Below, in pieces: positions 1 through 13,087 of a stretch of DNA of 64,000 bases. Positions within the stretch are counted from its first letter, which is position 1. Each line of letters begins with the position of its first letter. Source of the DNA: Octopus sinensis (Eukaryota); assembly GCF_006345805.1 (NCBI RefSeq), contig NC_043022.1:24056001-24120000 (forward strand), read 5' to 3'. The position numbers and the translations under genes are program-made. The notes under the pieces are model-generated. The model was not told the origin of the DNA. It did not search any database and worked only from the letters and a program-made list of their open reading frames with translations.

Positions 1-400
1 GGACCATATGATGGCTCAGTGCCCCATGGAATTTACTCTGAGTAAAAAAGAGGAGGAACAGAAAAAAAGGAAAGATGGAAAGGAAAATTGAAACGAGAGA
101 GGATGGAAGTGATGCTGAGCGTGTCAGTGACGTAAAGGAGAAGGAAAGGATCGAGGTGAAAGAAGGGAGTACCGGCTTTAGAAGGAAAGAAACAAGAAGG
201 AAAGAAGCAAAGATAAGAGAGTATCCTACAGAAAACGAGTCAAGGGAAGGACCGAACCGAAGCTAAGAATACGAAGGGACTGGAGAAAGCGAAGCTGCCG
301 AGAGAAGGATTTGAGATGGACGAGAGAGGTATATGGATACCAGAGGGAAAATGTGATGCATTTATGGATGTATTTTTGGATCATTTGAAATGGATAAAGG
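1..400 (+). mobile_element. Possible decayed non-LTR retrotransposon ORF1 fragment (end of a zinc knuckle plus charged tail)
   Basis: Frame 2 begins DHMMAQCP (an H-x4-C knuckle end), followed by frameshifted Lys/Glu/Arg-rich ORFs. It is truncated by a SINE tail at ~402. Confidence 0.3.
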
Positions 401-687
401 AGTACCTATTTCTTTACTACCCACAAGGGGCTAAACACAGAGGGATAAAAGAGTACCGGTTGGATGTAGTGGATTACGAGAGGCTGGAAAGATCGGAGAA
501 ATAAAGGTAGGGGAACTTTCAATATTAATGTGAACTTGGAAAAAAAAGACAAGAAAAAATTACTGTGAAAAATGTGTGTAGGCTTTTTAGAAACAAAAAG
601 AAAAGAGAGAAAAGACTGTGAAAATGTAACCACGCAACTTCGGGGATCGAGTGGGCCTTTGCGCCTTATTTTCATTCTTTCATACTA

Positions 688-1060
688 TACTCTTTACTCT
701 TTTACTTGTTTCAGTCATTTGACTGTGGCCATGCTGGAGCACCGCCTTTTAATCGAGAAACTCGACCCCGGGACTTATTCTTTGTAAGCCCAGTACTTAT
801 TCTATCGGTCTCTTTTGCCGAACCGCTAAGTGACGAGAATGTAAACACACCAGCATCGGTTGTCAAACACAGACACACAAACACTCACATATATACACAT
901 ATACATATATACGACGGGCTTCTTTCAGTTTCCGTCTACTAAATCCACTCACAAGGCTTTGGTCGGCCCGAGGCTATAGTAGAAGACACTTGCCCAAGGT
1001 GCCACGCAGTGAGACTGAACCCGGAATCATGTGGTTGGTAAACAAGCTACTTACTGCGCC
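688..1060 (-). mobile_element. SINE family A (tRNA-like head, CORE-like segment, internal (TA)n, tail ending ACAAGTAAAAGAGTA)
   Basis: One of more than 20 full or partial copies in the window (others at ~2555-2910, 5040-5430, 6015-6290, 25128-25465, 26343-26650, 28355-28718, 42610-42975, 44775-45115, 60900-61260). Confidence 0.85.
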
Positions 1061-1490
1061 TATCATTCGTTTCTTTTCATTTTTCTTCCACTTTTTGTTA
1101 ATTTTAGTTCCCCGAGTTTGTTTTGTCGCGTTTTGTATTTATCGAAGAGCATCTACGTGTGGCCCTTTTATAGTTAATAGGAAAAACAGAACTGCGGTAG
1201 TGATCCCCTGAAATGGCCATAGGTGTGTTTAGATTGATCTTGTGGAATTCTTTTTGCTTTTGGACTTTAACCTACCATGGTTTTAGAATCGAAATTTTTG
1301 AACGTACTCTTGTGTGAGGGGAGTAAACAAACTTCTTAATTATATTTTTAGTCGATTGATATTTTATTTTATCTTGGTTTGTTAGTCTTTGGTAGCATGG
1401 ATGCGCTTTAGAATTTCTATTAATTTTTTGGTCGTTTATATTTATCTTTTTCATAGGCTGTTCCATATATAATGACGTCTGTGTGTGTGT

Positions 1491-1791
1491 GGAGGCGCAA
1501 TGGCCCAGTGGTTAGGGCAGCGGACTCGTGGTCGTAGGATCGCGGTTTCGATTCCCAGACCGGGCGTTGTGAGTGTTTATTGAGCGAAAACGCATAAAGC
1601 TCCACGAGGCTCCGGCAGGGGGTGGTGGCGATCCCTGCTGTACTCTTTCCCCACAACTTTCTCTCATTCTTTCTTCTGTTGGCCTGCTCGCTTAGCCAGC
1701 GGGGTGGCGTCATTTGAAGGCTAAAACAATGCGAAGCGCATTGTGGCCAGCGATGTGTAACAAAATCTGATAGCCTGGTCGGTCACGGTGA
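1491..1791 (+). mobile_element. SINE family C (tRNA-derived head with A box TGGCCCAGTGG and B box GGTTTCGATTCC; (TA)n tail)
   Basis: Near-identical copies at 4496-4730 (+), 21695-21925 (-) and 41931-42232 (+), and a variant at 61591-61885. Confidence 0.85.
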
Positions 1792-1917
1792 TATATATAT
1801 ATATATATGTATGCATATATTTTATTTATTACACTATTGTATGACTGAGCGCCTTCGCGTCGATTCGATTCGATTCGATCCGTTCGTTTCGTTTCGTTTC
1901 TTCTTCTTCTCCCAGTA

Positions 1918-1976
<59 letters not shown>

Positions 1977-4076
1977 CTTTTGTGTACATGTATATTTTTA
2001 TATGTTGAAGAACCATGATCACATTTATGTATGATCAAATGCTTGTGGTATGGTGCTGTATATAAAGTCGTTGACTCGAATTTGATGCTTGTTCTATGAT
2101 CAATGTTTCTTTATCTCTGTCGCAATTACACACGAGCACTTCCTTCTTGGACGCTGGCTGAGAATCACAGCCATAGGCAAACGAAAGGGTCTCTGTGTGA
2201 TCGTCACACACACATCCACTTACATATATATGTGTGTATCTGCTATACCTTTTTCGATTTTCTCCGTTTATTTCTGTGTTCCTTTCTGTCGAAGAGCGTA
2301 GACTCAAAACGTTAAAGACTTTCTCACTTCTCGAGCGTTAGACTAATACATTTGTTTGTTGTTTACACCACCTGTCTTCTTACTATATATATGTATATAT
2401 GCATGTGTGTACTTGTATATATGTACGTGTGTGGATACATATATATACGTGTATGTACACACACATATATATATATACGTGTACACACACACATGTGTAC
2501 GTGTGTACACATATATATAGACGTTTGTGTACACACACATATATATATAGACGTTTTACTTTTTTGTCTTACTTGTTTCAGTCATGTGACAGCGGCCATG
2601 TTGGAGCACCGCCTTTAGTCGAGCAAATCGACCTCAGGACTTATTTTTTGGAAGCCTAGTACTTTATTCTGTCGGTCACTTATGCCGCTAAGTTATGGAG
2701 ACGTAAACACACCAGCATCGGTTGTCAAGCGATGTTGGAGGGGACAAACACACACATATACATACATATATACGACGGGCTTCTTTCAGTTTCCGTCTAC
2801 CAAATCCAATCACAAAGCTTTGGTCGGCCTGAGGCTATAGTGGAAGACACTTGCCCAAGATGCCACGCAATGGGACTGAACCCGGAACCACGTGGTTGGT
2901 AAGCAAGCCACTATAAATTTTGCGTATCGTAGAAGTTTAAGGCACATAAATTTTATTTTAACAACAAACTCTTATCTGGACCCCCAAGGGTCACATGGAC
3001 GCTGCTTGAGAACCACTGCCACAGGCAAACGAAAGGTTCTCTATGTGATCGTCAGGCATGCTAGAAACAACAGCTGTATTTCTCTCATTATACCTTCTCT
3101 GTCATAAGAAAGGAAAGGGTTTGTCGATCAGTCGTTGATGAGATTTTCACAGCTGGATTGGATTTGAGCGTAACTCTGCTGGGTTAGGACGGAGATGGAG
3201 GTTAAAACAAAAACACTACCACCACCATGACCACCACCACCGACAACAGCAATAACGAATAATTATCTCAACACGACTAAGTATAGTTAAATTGCATTTG
3301 TAATATGTTGTCTAGTGAGAATTATAATGAATGTCTATTGATGTTTATCAGATAATCCTCTCGGTAAGATTAAGCATAACAGATTACGTCATAAGCTGTG
3401 TGGCGTAATCTCTGATTAATATCCTCTCTCTTTACACATCATTACAAAGTATTTTCACCCAGAGATTGGGCAGCACTAATTCATATATTTACAATCACGT
3501 AAATAGATTAAATTGTGATTTGATGTAAAAAAAAAATAAAAAAAGCACAATGAAAATAAATCTATTTACTTAATCTGGTTGTAAATTAGCTTAATTGTTT
3601 AAATTACGGGGATATGCATTTAGATTTGTAGAAAAAATACCTTTGGCATTTCGTAAGCACAAGTTTGTCTTAGTCTTTTGTATATTCCATCTATTTGTGT
3701 GTATTTTTACAAGTGATTTGTTTAAATGTATGACACGCTTTAGATAACTTTTTAACAGATATTTGTACAGATTAAGATATAGACAAAACACACCGCCCTG
3801 TTTGACACCACGAGCTGGTCACTGCGTACTTTTACTAGAGTTCGTTCTCTTGTATGTACTTAACCAAAACCAGCAGTGGGCGCAGGCGTGGCTCTGTGGC
3901 AGGAAATTTGCTTCCTAACCACATGGTTCCGGGTTCATGGTTACGTCCCCGTAAGCCAGCTGTTTGGCAGACGATTCCGATGGAATAAGTCCCAAGCTTT
4001 ACAAAACGAAAATATTGGGGTCAATTCGTTCATGTATACACAGACATAGATTAGTGATAAGAGGCAGATAATGTTA

Positions 4077-4111
<35 letters not shown>

Positions 4112-4113
<2 letters not shown>

Positions 4114-4495
4114 CGAATGTGATTTCAGCTTTTCGAAATTCGGTTCGGCATTTCTCATTTTACTGCCGACTGAGACTGCGCTTGCGCGGTGAATTTTGAA
4201 AATTTATAACATATAATGATGAGGCACGTGTTATTTGTCTCTAAATTATATGTTAATTGTTAAGGTACGGTTACTGATGAGGATTCGCCTAGCAAATTAT
4301 TTTATTTGCTAAAATAATCTGAAACCTAGGTATGACCGTAAAAAGATAACAAGGTAAAAGTTTTTATTTTTCTTTCCCTTTGAAAAGTGCTCTTTAAAAT
4401 GTGGTTTTGGTCGTTTTGACTGCTTCTTCTAGCGTGTAAAAATTACCTATTAAAGGTAGTTTTCTCTTGTGTTTAAATGTACACTATTTTATATA
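4112..4495 (+). mobile_element. Probable Penelope-like element fragment or non-autonomous derivative carrying the hammerhead
   Basis: Unique ~385 bp block between TA runs that contains the hammerhead. Minimal type I hammerheads in animals are typically PLE-associated (established knowledge). Confidence 0.45.
4266..4340 (+). ncRNA. Minimal type I hammerhead ribozyme (Penelope/retrozyme-type)
   Basis: Stem I TACGGTTA/TGACCGTA, core CTGATGA, stem II GGATT/AATCT with an internal TAGCAAAT/ATTTGCTA hairpin, GAAA, palindromic stem III ACCTAGGT, and GUA cleavage triplet ending at 4332. Confidence 0.8.
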
Positions 4496-4740
4496 TGGTT
4501 AGGGCAGCGGACTCGCGGTCGTTGAATCGCGGTTTCGATTCCCAGACCGGGCGTTGTGAGCGTTTATTGAGCGAAAACACCTAAAGCTCCACGAGCCTTC
4601 GGCAGGGGGTGGGGTGGCAATCGCTACAACTTTCTCTCACTCTTTCTTCTGTTGGCCTGCTCGCTTAGCCAGCTGGGTGGCGTCATTTGAAGGCTAAAAC
4701 AATGCCAAGCGCATTGTGACCAGCGATGTGCATATTCTTT

Positions 4741-4772
<32 letters not shown>

Positions 4773-7700
4773 AATGTGTGTGTAAAAACGATTACTTGGT
4801 GTATATTTTTGATATACAGCAAATGGTGAATTCCATGAAAGTGACGATGTAAATGAGAGAGGATAGGTTATGAATCATTGAGGTAAAGGATTATTCATTG
4901 GCTGAAACCATTCAACTTTCCTCCAGCCCTTCCCCACCCATGGATGCGAGCACTGATTATCTGTTTCTTGGTTCAATCTTCGAACTGTGGCCATGGTAAG
5001 ACCTCGCCTTGAAGGGCTTAGTTGAGAAAAAAACATCCACCCCAGTACTTATTTTTTAAGTCTAACATTCTATCGGTCTTTTTTGCCGAACCGTCAAGTG
5101 ATAACACTACTTTTGCTGTCAGGACTACAGGATTACGTGGTTTCGGCCTCTTTTGGCTTTGTCATTGGTAAATACCTGGCTGCTGGAAATTGCAGTAACT
5201 GCCACACTTGCGATATACATAGAAAATTTGAGCCCAAAGCGGCACTGGTATCGCTAAAAGCCAGTGATGTAGAACAACTATAATACACAAACATGACGGG
5301 CTTCTTTCAGTTTCCGTCTACCAAATCCACTCACAAAACATTGACTGGCCCGGAGCGAGAGAAGACACTTGCCCAAGGCGCCATGCAAGTGGGACTGAAC
5401 CCAGAACTGCGATGTTGGAAAGCAAACTTACAACATAGCCTGATTGAGCAGACCCCTAACGTAAACCTTCCAGTCACCATCTGTTTCTAACTAGAGCAAA
5501 GATATCTTCTAAAATATGTTTCTTTATGAAGGTGGTAATCAGTGTTGCTATTTCTAGCATGTCGTTCTACCGCACAGAAACCTCTCCAGTTGCTTTAGTT
5601 CTGTTCTAGCAGATAAGTGTGGTAGCCGTGGCCACCCTGTCGATTTCTAAATCCTTGACTACCTTATCCAATGTGCTCAACTTCAGTTTTAAGATACTAT
5701 ACGAGTTGATGCAGATGGGACTGTTATTTTTAGCATTCTGAGCGACCGCTCAGAGGTTCCCGCGTTGGTTCATGTTTTAGTTAACTCTGGGAGTACCATA
5801 TCATTCTTTTATGGAATATTGGTACTCGAAGCACATCACACACAGCACAAGGCCAATAATTTCCCGACCCCAGTGCACAACTGGTACTTATTTTATTTAC
5901 ACTGAAAGGATGAAAGGCAAATTTGACTTCGGCGGAATTTGAACTCAGAACGTAAAGACTGACGAAGTCCCGCTCAGCATTTTGTCTAGCGTACTAACGA
6001 TTCTGCCAATTTTGCTTCTCAACCACATGGTTACTGGTTCATTCCCAATGTGTGGCACCTTGGGCAAATGTCTTCTACTACAGCCTCGGGTCGACCAAAG
6101 CCTTGAGAGGATTTGGTAGACAGAAACTGAAAAGAAGCCCGTCATATGTATGTGTGTTTTGCCCCCATCCCAAGCTTGATAACCGATACTGGTGTATTTA
6201 CGTTCCCATAACTTAGTAGTTCGTCAAAAGGGACCAATAGAATAAGTATCAGGCTTAGAAACAACTGGGGCTGATTGGCTTACATAAGCCTAGATAGATG
6301 ATACACTATCTGAATAAAAGACAGGGTGGTCGTAGCTGGAATGTCTTTGATTAAATAAACACATTAGGTTATGTAGTCTTGGATTGATGATATATCTGAA
6401 TGAAAGGCAGGATGGGCAAGGGTGAGACCTCTTTGATAAATAAGAAACAAAAAAAAATTCCATTGGCTTATGTAGTTCTAGATATCTGTATAGAAGACAG
6501 GAAGGTCACAGCTGGAATGTCTTTGATAAATATAAACCTGGATAGATGATATACTACTGCCTGAATAAGATTGGATGGTCGTTGCTGGAACAATTCTGAC
6601 TGGGCGGTCTTAACTCTTCAGCATTTAAGCTGGCCAAATCTGGTCCAAATGGTCTACGTGTTTTGTGCTCAAATCAAGCCAGATCCAGCTTCTCACACTT
6701 ACCCTACAGTGTCGTCCTTGGACTCTCAAAAGCTGTGAGAATAATGCATGATTAATTCAAAACAATGTGGATAAATAAACATTGACATTTGATAGAATAA
6801 TTTGAATGCTAACGGATTAAACAACAATTCAATGATTATTGAGTGAGATAGGACAGAAGAAAGACAGCGACAATACATGACAAGATGTACATCTTGCAAA
6901 AGAAAGATCCAGAAGTCATTGGTGGAATTCATTAAATTTACAAATTTTTATTCTCCAGTTTCTATGTTGTCATAGAAACCACCCTTATGATACATAGTTT
7001 GTGACGTTTTCATCTTTATAGAGCCACCCACTTTCTCGTATTTACACATCATCCAGGCTTGTTTTTTTTTTCCAAAAAATTAGAATAGTAAAAAAAAAAA
7101 ATTAAAAAAATATTTTGAAAAAAATTTATAATTAATTAATGAATAAATGAGAAGAAAAAATTTAAAATTACCAAAGAAAAAGAAAATTGTATAATAATAG
7201 TAATAATGATAATAATAATAATGATATTATTATTATTATTATAATTATTATTAATGATGATAATTAATCATAACAGCAAGAATTATAATAATGATAATGA
7301 TAAATAAATTAATTAGAAGTAAAAAAAAAAAAATCAAATTTAAAACATCACTATAGAGATATTATCTGACTAATTGTAGACGATCCTATTGGCCAAGATT
7401 GGGTGTTAGTGAGAGGTAAAGAAGCAGTGATAGAAATGTCAAAGACAAGTTTAGAGAGAGAGGAGGAGGAGGAGGCAGCTAGTGTAGTTTTAAGAGAGGA
7501 GGAAGATAGAGGAGAGTGAGGAAGTGGTTGCTGAGAAATATATCAGAGATGAAGGATGTAGTGTGTAGGAAAAAAAAAAAAAGAAAAAAAAGGCAATTAA
7601 GTAGAAACAAGAGAGAAGAGGTGGACTTTGTATCTTTACACCTGTTTCTGTCATTTGGAATTGGTCTTTTAATTTATTCATATATTTTTATCTATATATG

Positions 7701-7859
7701 TGTGTATGGTATTGAACAGTGAGAATGAGTGCTCAACGCCACTGCATTTTGGTGGAAACGATGCTGGCAGTGGAGGTGATGATTACAAGCATTATTAAGT
7801 GGATCACTTGAAAATTGTGAAAGTCCTTGCCACATGAAACCATAGGTAATCCAAATAAA

Positions 7860-8074
7860 GTATGTATGATGTGTGTGTGTGTATATATATATATATGTGT
7901 ATATATATATGTGTATATATATATATGTGTGTATATATATATATGTGTGTATATATATATGTGTATATATATATATATATGTGTATATATATATATATGT
8001 GTATATATATATATATATGTGTATATATATAATATATATATATATATATACACATATATATATATATATGTATG

Positions 8075-8110
<36 letters not shown>

Positions 8111-8177
8111 TGTGGTATATATATATATATGTGTATATATATATATATGTGTATATATATATATGTGTGTATATATA

Positions 8178-8208
<31 letters not shown>

Positions 8209-8478
8209 GTGTGTATATATATATATATATGTTATATATATATATATATATGTGTTATATATATATATATATATATATATTGTATATATATATATGTGTG
8301 ATATATATATATATGTATATATATATGTATGTATATATATATATATATGTGTGTGTATATATACATATATGTGTATATATATATGTGTGTGTATATATAC
8401 ATATATGTGTATATATATATAATATGTGTGTATATATATATATATGTATATATATATATGTTGTATATATATATATGT

Positions 8479-8510
<32 letters not shown>

Positions 8511-8625
8511 TGTGTATATTATATATATATGTATATACATGTATATATAAATATATATGTATGCATACATATATATATATATATATGCATGCATGTATAT
8601 AAATGTGTCTATATATAAATATATA
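7860..8625. repeat. Giant compound (TA)n/(TG)n microsatellite, ~760 bp
   Basis: Direct reading; source of the YI/CV-rich spurious ORFs. Confidence 0.97.
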
Positions 8626-9744
8626 TTACCAGATTTTGTTGGCATTGAAATGTTAGACGTAGATGGCAATGGGTGGGAATGGGCTGACTAACCCCTAGAT
8701 GTGTGACCAAGATGTGAGGGGATGCATGAAGGGCTAAAAAATTTATCTTGAGAGGGGTTCCCCAAGGGTGGGGTTAAACTTGGCTCCAACCAGTGAATCC
8801 ACAGCATTGTGAAAATTTTATCTTGAGAGGGGTTCCCCAAGGGTGGGGTTTTACTTGGCTCCAACCAGTGAATCCACAGCATTGTGAAGAGAACCCTAAC
8901 CATGCTTGGCAATCATAGGTGTCCAGCATGGAGATTATCACCTAGCAGTACTTCCAGCAGGTGAGGGAATTGCAACAATGAAACATCAACACAATTGGGG
9001 CTATTATTTGGTTACAGCTGACTAAAAAGGGGACACAAATTTAGCTTGTTCCTTGTAGGTTTCACTCACAGGGTTGTGCCCAAGGTGGGGTACTACCTTA
9101 AAGGGATTTAGCCAAATGGCATTCATCCTTCCAGGGGTCAATGAAACTAGATCAATTCAATTTGACATGGGCACAATTCTAAATTGGACCCAGGGAAATT
9201 GTAACTAAACACCACAAGGCATTTTAGCTGATGTTCTGATTTTTTTCACTCCGTATATACCCAATGGACTTTTGTGCAGTTCCTGTCTGCCAAATTTTAC
9301 TCCTAAAGCAATTGCTAAGGTAGAAGACACCTGCCCGAGGTGCAACACAGAGGGACTGAACCAAGAACTACTTAATTCTGAATCAAACTTAACCGCTGGA
9401 CCATACCGGTGCTTTGTTTGTTTGTTTGCCCTGATCTACAATAGGTGGCCAACCCCCATCTCTGGGATACATACATAGATTATTTTTTAATTTTCCATTT
9501 TAACTAATTTTATGTAATCTTCCCCACCCCCAGTTTAAACCCCTTTCCCTTACAGTGAAACCCCTGCCCAAGCCTCACTTGAGTGGTAGCAGAAAGAACT
9601 ACCAATATTAACCCTCATCATCATCTGTATTGATAGAAATACACAACCACCCCTGCCATCACCGTCACAATCAAATGGTCAGTCACAGACATAATTCATT
9701 TAAATGCTTTTATCTTTTAAGGCTGCAACAGCACATACATAACT

Positions 9745-9990
9745 TATATGTACATATATATATATATATACATATATATACATACATATATATATACATA
9801 CATATATATATATATATATACATATATATACATACATATATATATATATACATATATACATATATATATACATATACATATATACATATATATATACACA
9901 TACATATATACATATATATATACACATACATATATATATATACATACATACATATATATATACATAGACACACACACACATATATATAAA
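9745..9990. repeat. Compound (TA)n/(CA)n microsatellite
   Basis: Direct reading. Confidence 0.95.
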
Positions 9991-10674
9991 AGGCAAAGAA
10001 ATTTTTCTGTAAAACATATCTGAGGAGTCTTGATGAACGATATGAAAGTGCTAATATTTATCCAAAATTCTGACTACTTCCTTTTTCTTAATATATAAAA
10101 TCTGTACACCACTTCAAACAATCTATACACACATACATACATATATTTTAGGATGGATATATGTAGTTTGTAAGGAGGGAACTGGCTAATTGAGGTGGTG
10201 TGAATGGTCTAGCAGACAATTTTCTTTTTTTTGAATAAAATTAGGAATTGATTTAAGAATTTTAGAGAAATACATTGAAACAAGAAATTGAAGGTGGTTG
10301 AGAGAGATAGGGGGCAGTGGGTAGGGTACAAGAGATAGAAAATTTAGAAAGATGTACTTGTTTTATTTTATTTATTTTTTTGTAAAAAAAAATTCATCTC
10401 TAAATTGATTTTTTTTTTTTTTTCTTCATGGCCAGAATTTTCACAGCTTTGCAACCAATTCCAAATTTGGACAAAAACAAAGCAAAGAGAGAGAAAAAAA
10501 AATCAATAATAATGATAATAATAATAATAATAACAGCTGTAATAAAATCGAAGATTTACCAAAAAAAAAAAAATCAAAACAAAAAAAACATGAAATGAAA
10601 TCTTTCGTCAATATTTTCTTTGTCTTTTAAATTTTCTTTAAGAAATGATCCTTTCTCTGCATACATTCCCATCT

Positions 10675-11003
10675 CTGGCTAGCTATGTGTACTGCTCAGG
10701 TCAGCTCAACTAGTTATGCGCTGGTCAGCTGTTAATTATGCACTGGTGAACTCAGTATATTTTTTTGCTTTTTTCTTTTTGTGTGTGTGAGTGTGAGTGT
10801 GTGTGTGTGTGTGTGTGCTGGTCAGCTCAGCTACTTATACACTGGTCCGTTCAGCTAAATAATTCACGATGAGCTCAGCTGGTTTTGCACTGGTCAATTC
10901 AGTTAAGTTATATATGCTGGCTTGAGCTCAGCTAGTTTACGCGCTGGTCACTTCAGCTAGCTATGCACTAGTCACCTCAGCTAGTATTTATGCGCCGGTC
11001 AGC
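10675..11003. repeat. Degenerate ~24-bp minisatellite (GCACTGGTCAGCTCAGCTAGTTAT), roughly a dozen units
   Basis: Recurring CTGGTCA/CTCAGCTAG/TATGC motifs, interrupted once by T-rich and (GT)n sequence. Confidence 0.8.
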
Positions 11004-12175
11004 CAGCGAGAACGGCTGAAAAGCAAATCCAGCCATTTTCCATCTGTATAGCTCCACTTCACCAGCTTTTTTTTTTTTTTGTGTGTTTTTTTAACAGTCT
11101 GCTGACTTAAAATTGGAGAAGGGGGGAGGGTTTGAAATTTCAAGTTTTTAATCTGTTAAAATTCATTAAATTTATTTATTATTATTATTATTTTTTTTTT
11201 TTTTTTGCAAAATAGGCAAAATAGAATGAGTTATTACATTGAGCAATCACATGAACGGTGTACTGGTGTGCCAGGTGCTAACCACCAGCGATTTTACAGA
11301 GGTTCCTATAGGTGCATATAACATGTGACACTCACTAGATGCTAGGGAAAGGCGGCTGACCCCCTAGTTCTTCCTGACAACACGAGCGGTGGCGGGGAGG
11401 CAGGGGGAGGAGAGGGGCGGGGATGGCGGGGAGATAGAGATAGAAAGAAAGAGAAAGAAAAAGGCTTGGTTGTCGGACGGGCAAGGGGCAACCTCCTGCC
11501 AACCTAGACAGGTCTTGCAGCACACTAAAATACACGCATGCATACGCACACAGAGACGCACGCACATACAAACGCGCTCGCACACACACACACACGCACA
11601 CACAAACTTCTCGCTCTCTTTCATGGAACTACAAACAACACAACAATAACAACAACAGCAGCATCATCAAACAGCAGGTGGCCTGATGTGGTTTCTCTGT
11701 TTTTTTGGTTCAGTAAGATTTGTTTGTTTAAATACAACAATCTCCCAGTCAGTTATTTTTATCATCTTTCTATCTTTGGTGCTGCCATATATAGGAAGTG
11801 TTGTGGCTATCAATCATCGTCAAAAACCATCATTTTAATTTTTTCATATATTTATTTATTTATTTTAAATTCTGCAAAGTCCTGGAAGCTTTTCAGCGTG
11901 GCCAGTCTTCGAGTCTCACCAAAGAACCGTACACAGTACAGTGAAAGACCTACACACAATATTCACGGTATCAAAATCAATGTCTTTTCTTTCCATCACA
12001 ATTAAACAGAAAAAAAAGCACTTTCTTACAATGAATTGGTTTTTATTAAAAAAAAAAAAGAAAAAAATTGTTTTTTTCTTCTTCTTCTTCCTCAAATTTC
12101 AAAAAAAAAAAAAAGTGTGTTTTTTGTTCCAATAAATTTTTAAATACAATTCCATCAAATAGTTTTGAGTTAGTC

Positions 12176-13004
12176 CTATCTAGAATGAGCCTCAGGATCC
12201 GTAGAGCTAGAATGGCTATCTCGTTTGTCTTTCAACTCATTTGCACTGTCTAATGGACTATTTGCCTTTGATTTTGAACTGGCGGGAGAGTTTGTATGAC
12301 TGCGAGGATGTGATGTAGTCGATGAGGGAATCAGAGGGGGTGGGGCCCCTGGTATACTCGCTGGGGAGTTACTCTTACTAGAATGGTTGACCATAGGACT
12401 GACGGTGCGGGGGAAATGTCCGACCGACAACGGATCAACGGCTCTCAATGCCGGCAGTTTGTTTTGCTCGTACTCGTAGCGTTCTCGTTCAAAGAACGGC
12501 ATGCGTTCAAACATCCGTTCTCTTAGATAAAGGTCTCGCATGTGTTCGCGCTCTCGCTCGCGTTCAATATCTCGTAAGTCTAATCGGTGATGCGCAACAT
12601 CGAAACCTTTCTCGTAGTGACTCCAAACCCCGAGCTGTGGACGTTCGTTACTGAAATATCGTGGTCCAATCATGCGTGCCCTTTCCAGCATGTTGACAGG
12701 CATGGTGGCTGCAGTATGGGATAGGGGGCCAAACAAATACTCGTTACTTCGTAACAGTTTATCGCGTTCGAGTAGTTGAGCCTCTTCCTCTCGGCGTTCC
12801 TCTTTGATCTTTATGCTGACCTTCTCTTCGTGGCGTTTATCAACCACCTCAGCTTTGGCTGCTTCAAGCCGACCGTTTCTTATCGGGGAACGAGATCGGG
12901 ATCGCGACCGACGTCTTTCTGCTTCTCTGTATCTGTCGCTTCGATCCTTCTCCCTACCACGGTCAATATCAAGACTGGTTAACCTCTCGAGGTTTCTTCT
13001 TTCT
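12176..13004 (-). CDS. AUTS2: AUTS2-like terminal coding exon (RS/RE-rich, IKIKEERRE, to stop), phase 2->stop
   Basis: Acceptor ttactattttcag|A within the 284-aa ORF. IKIKEERREE resembles vertebrate VKVKEERKED. The joined CDS is 4320 nt, a multiple of 3. Confidence 0.92.
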
Positions 13005-13087
13005 CTGAAAATAGTAAAAGAAAAACACATTTAGAAGCAAAACCAGAAGGGTTGATATTAGAACAATTTTAAATAGCAAACATTTCA

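Larger units (their letters stand above)
6920..12175 (-). other. Putative long 3' UTR of the AUTS2-like gene (extent uncertain)
   Basis: U-rich on the sense strand, with a SINE-poor stretch at 10020-12175. Candidate AATAAA signals near 10352-10370 and at 6947-6952, the latter followed by a U/GU-rich tract. There is no transcript evidence. Confidence 0.3.

Noticed and set aside
1491-1565. tRNA-like sequence with A and B boxes
   Set aside because: It is the head of a multicopy SINE with an imperfect cloverleaf, not a tRNA gene.
4176-4230. NRF1-like TGCGCTTGCGC and E-box CACGTG as a promoter
   Set aside because: They lie inside the probable hammerhead-bearing mobile element, with no adjacent gene start visible.
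7733-8669. Long YI/CV/HT-rich ORFs here and at ~9.7, 25.8, 55-56 and 62.6-63.2 kb
   Set aside because: Translations of (TA)n/(TG)n/(CA)n microsatellites.
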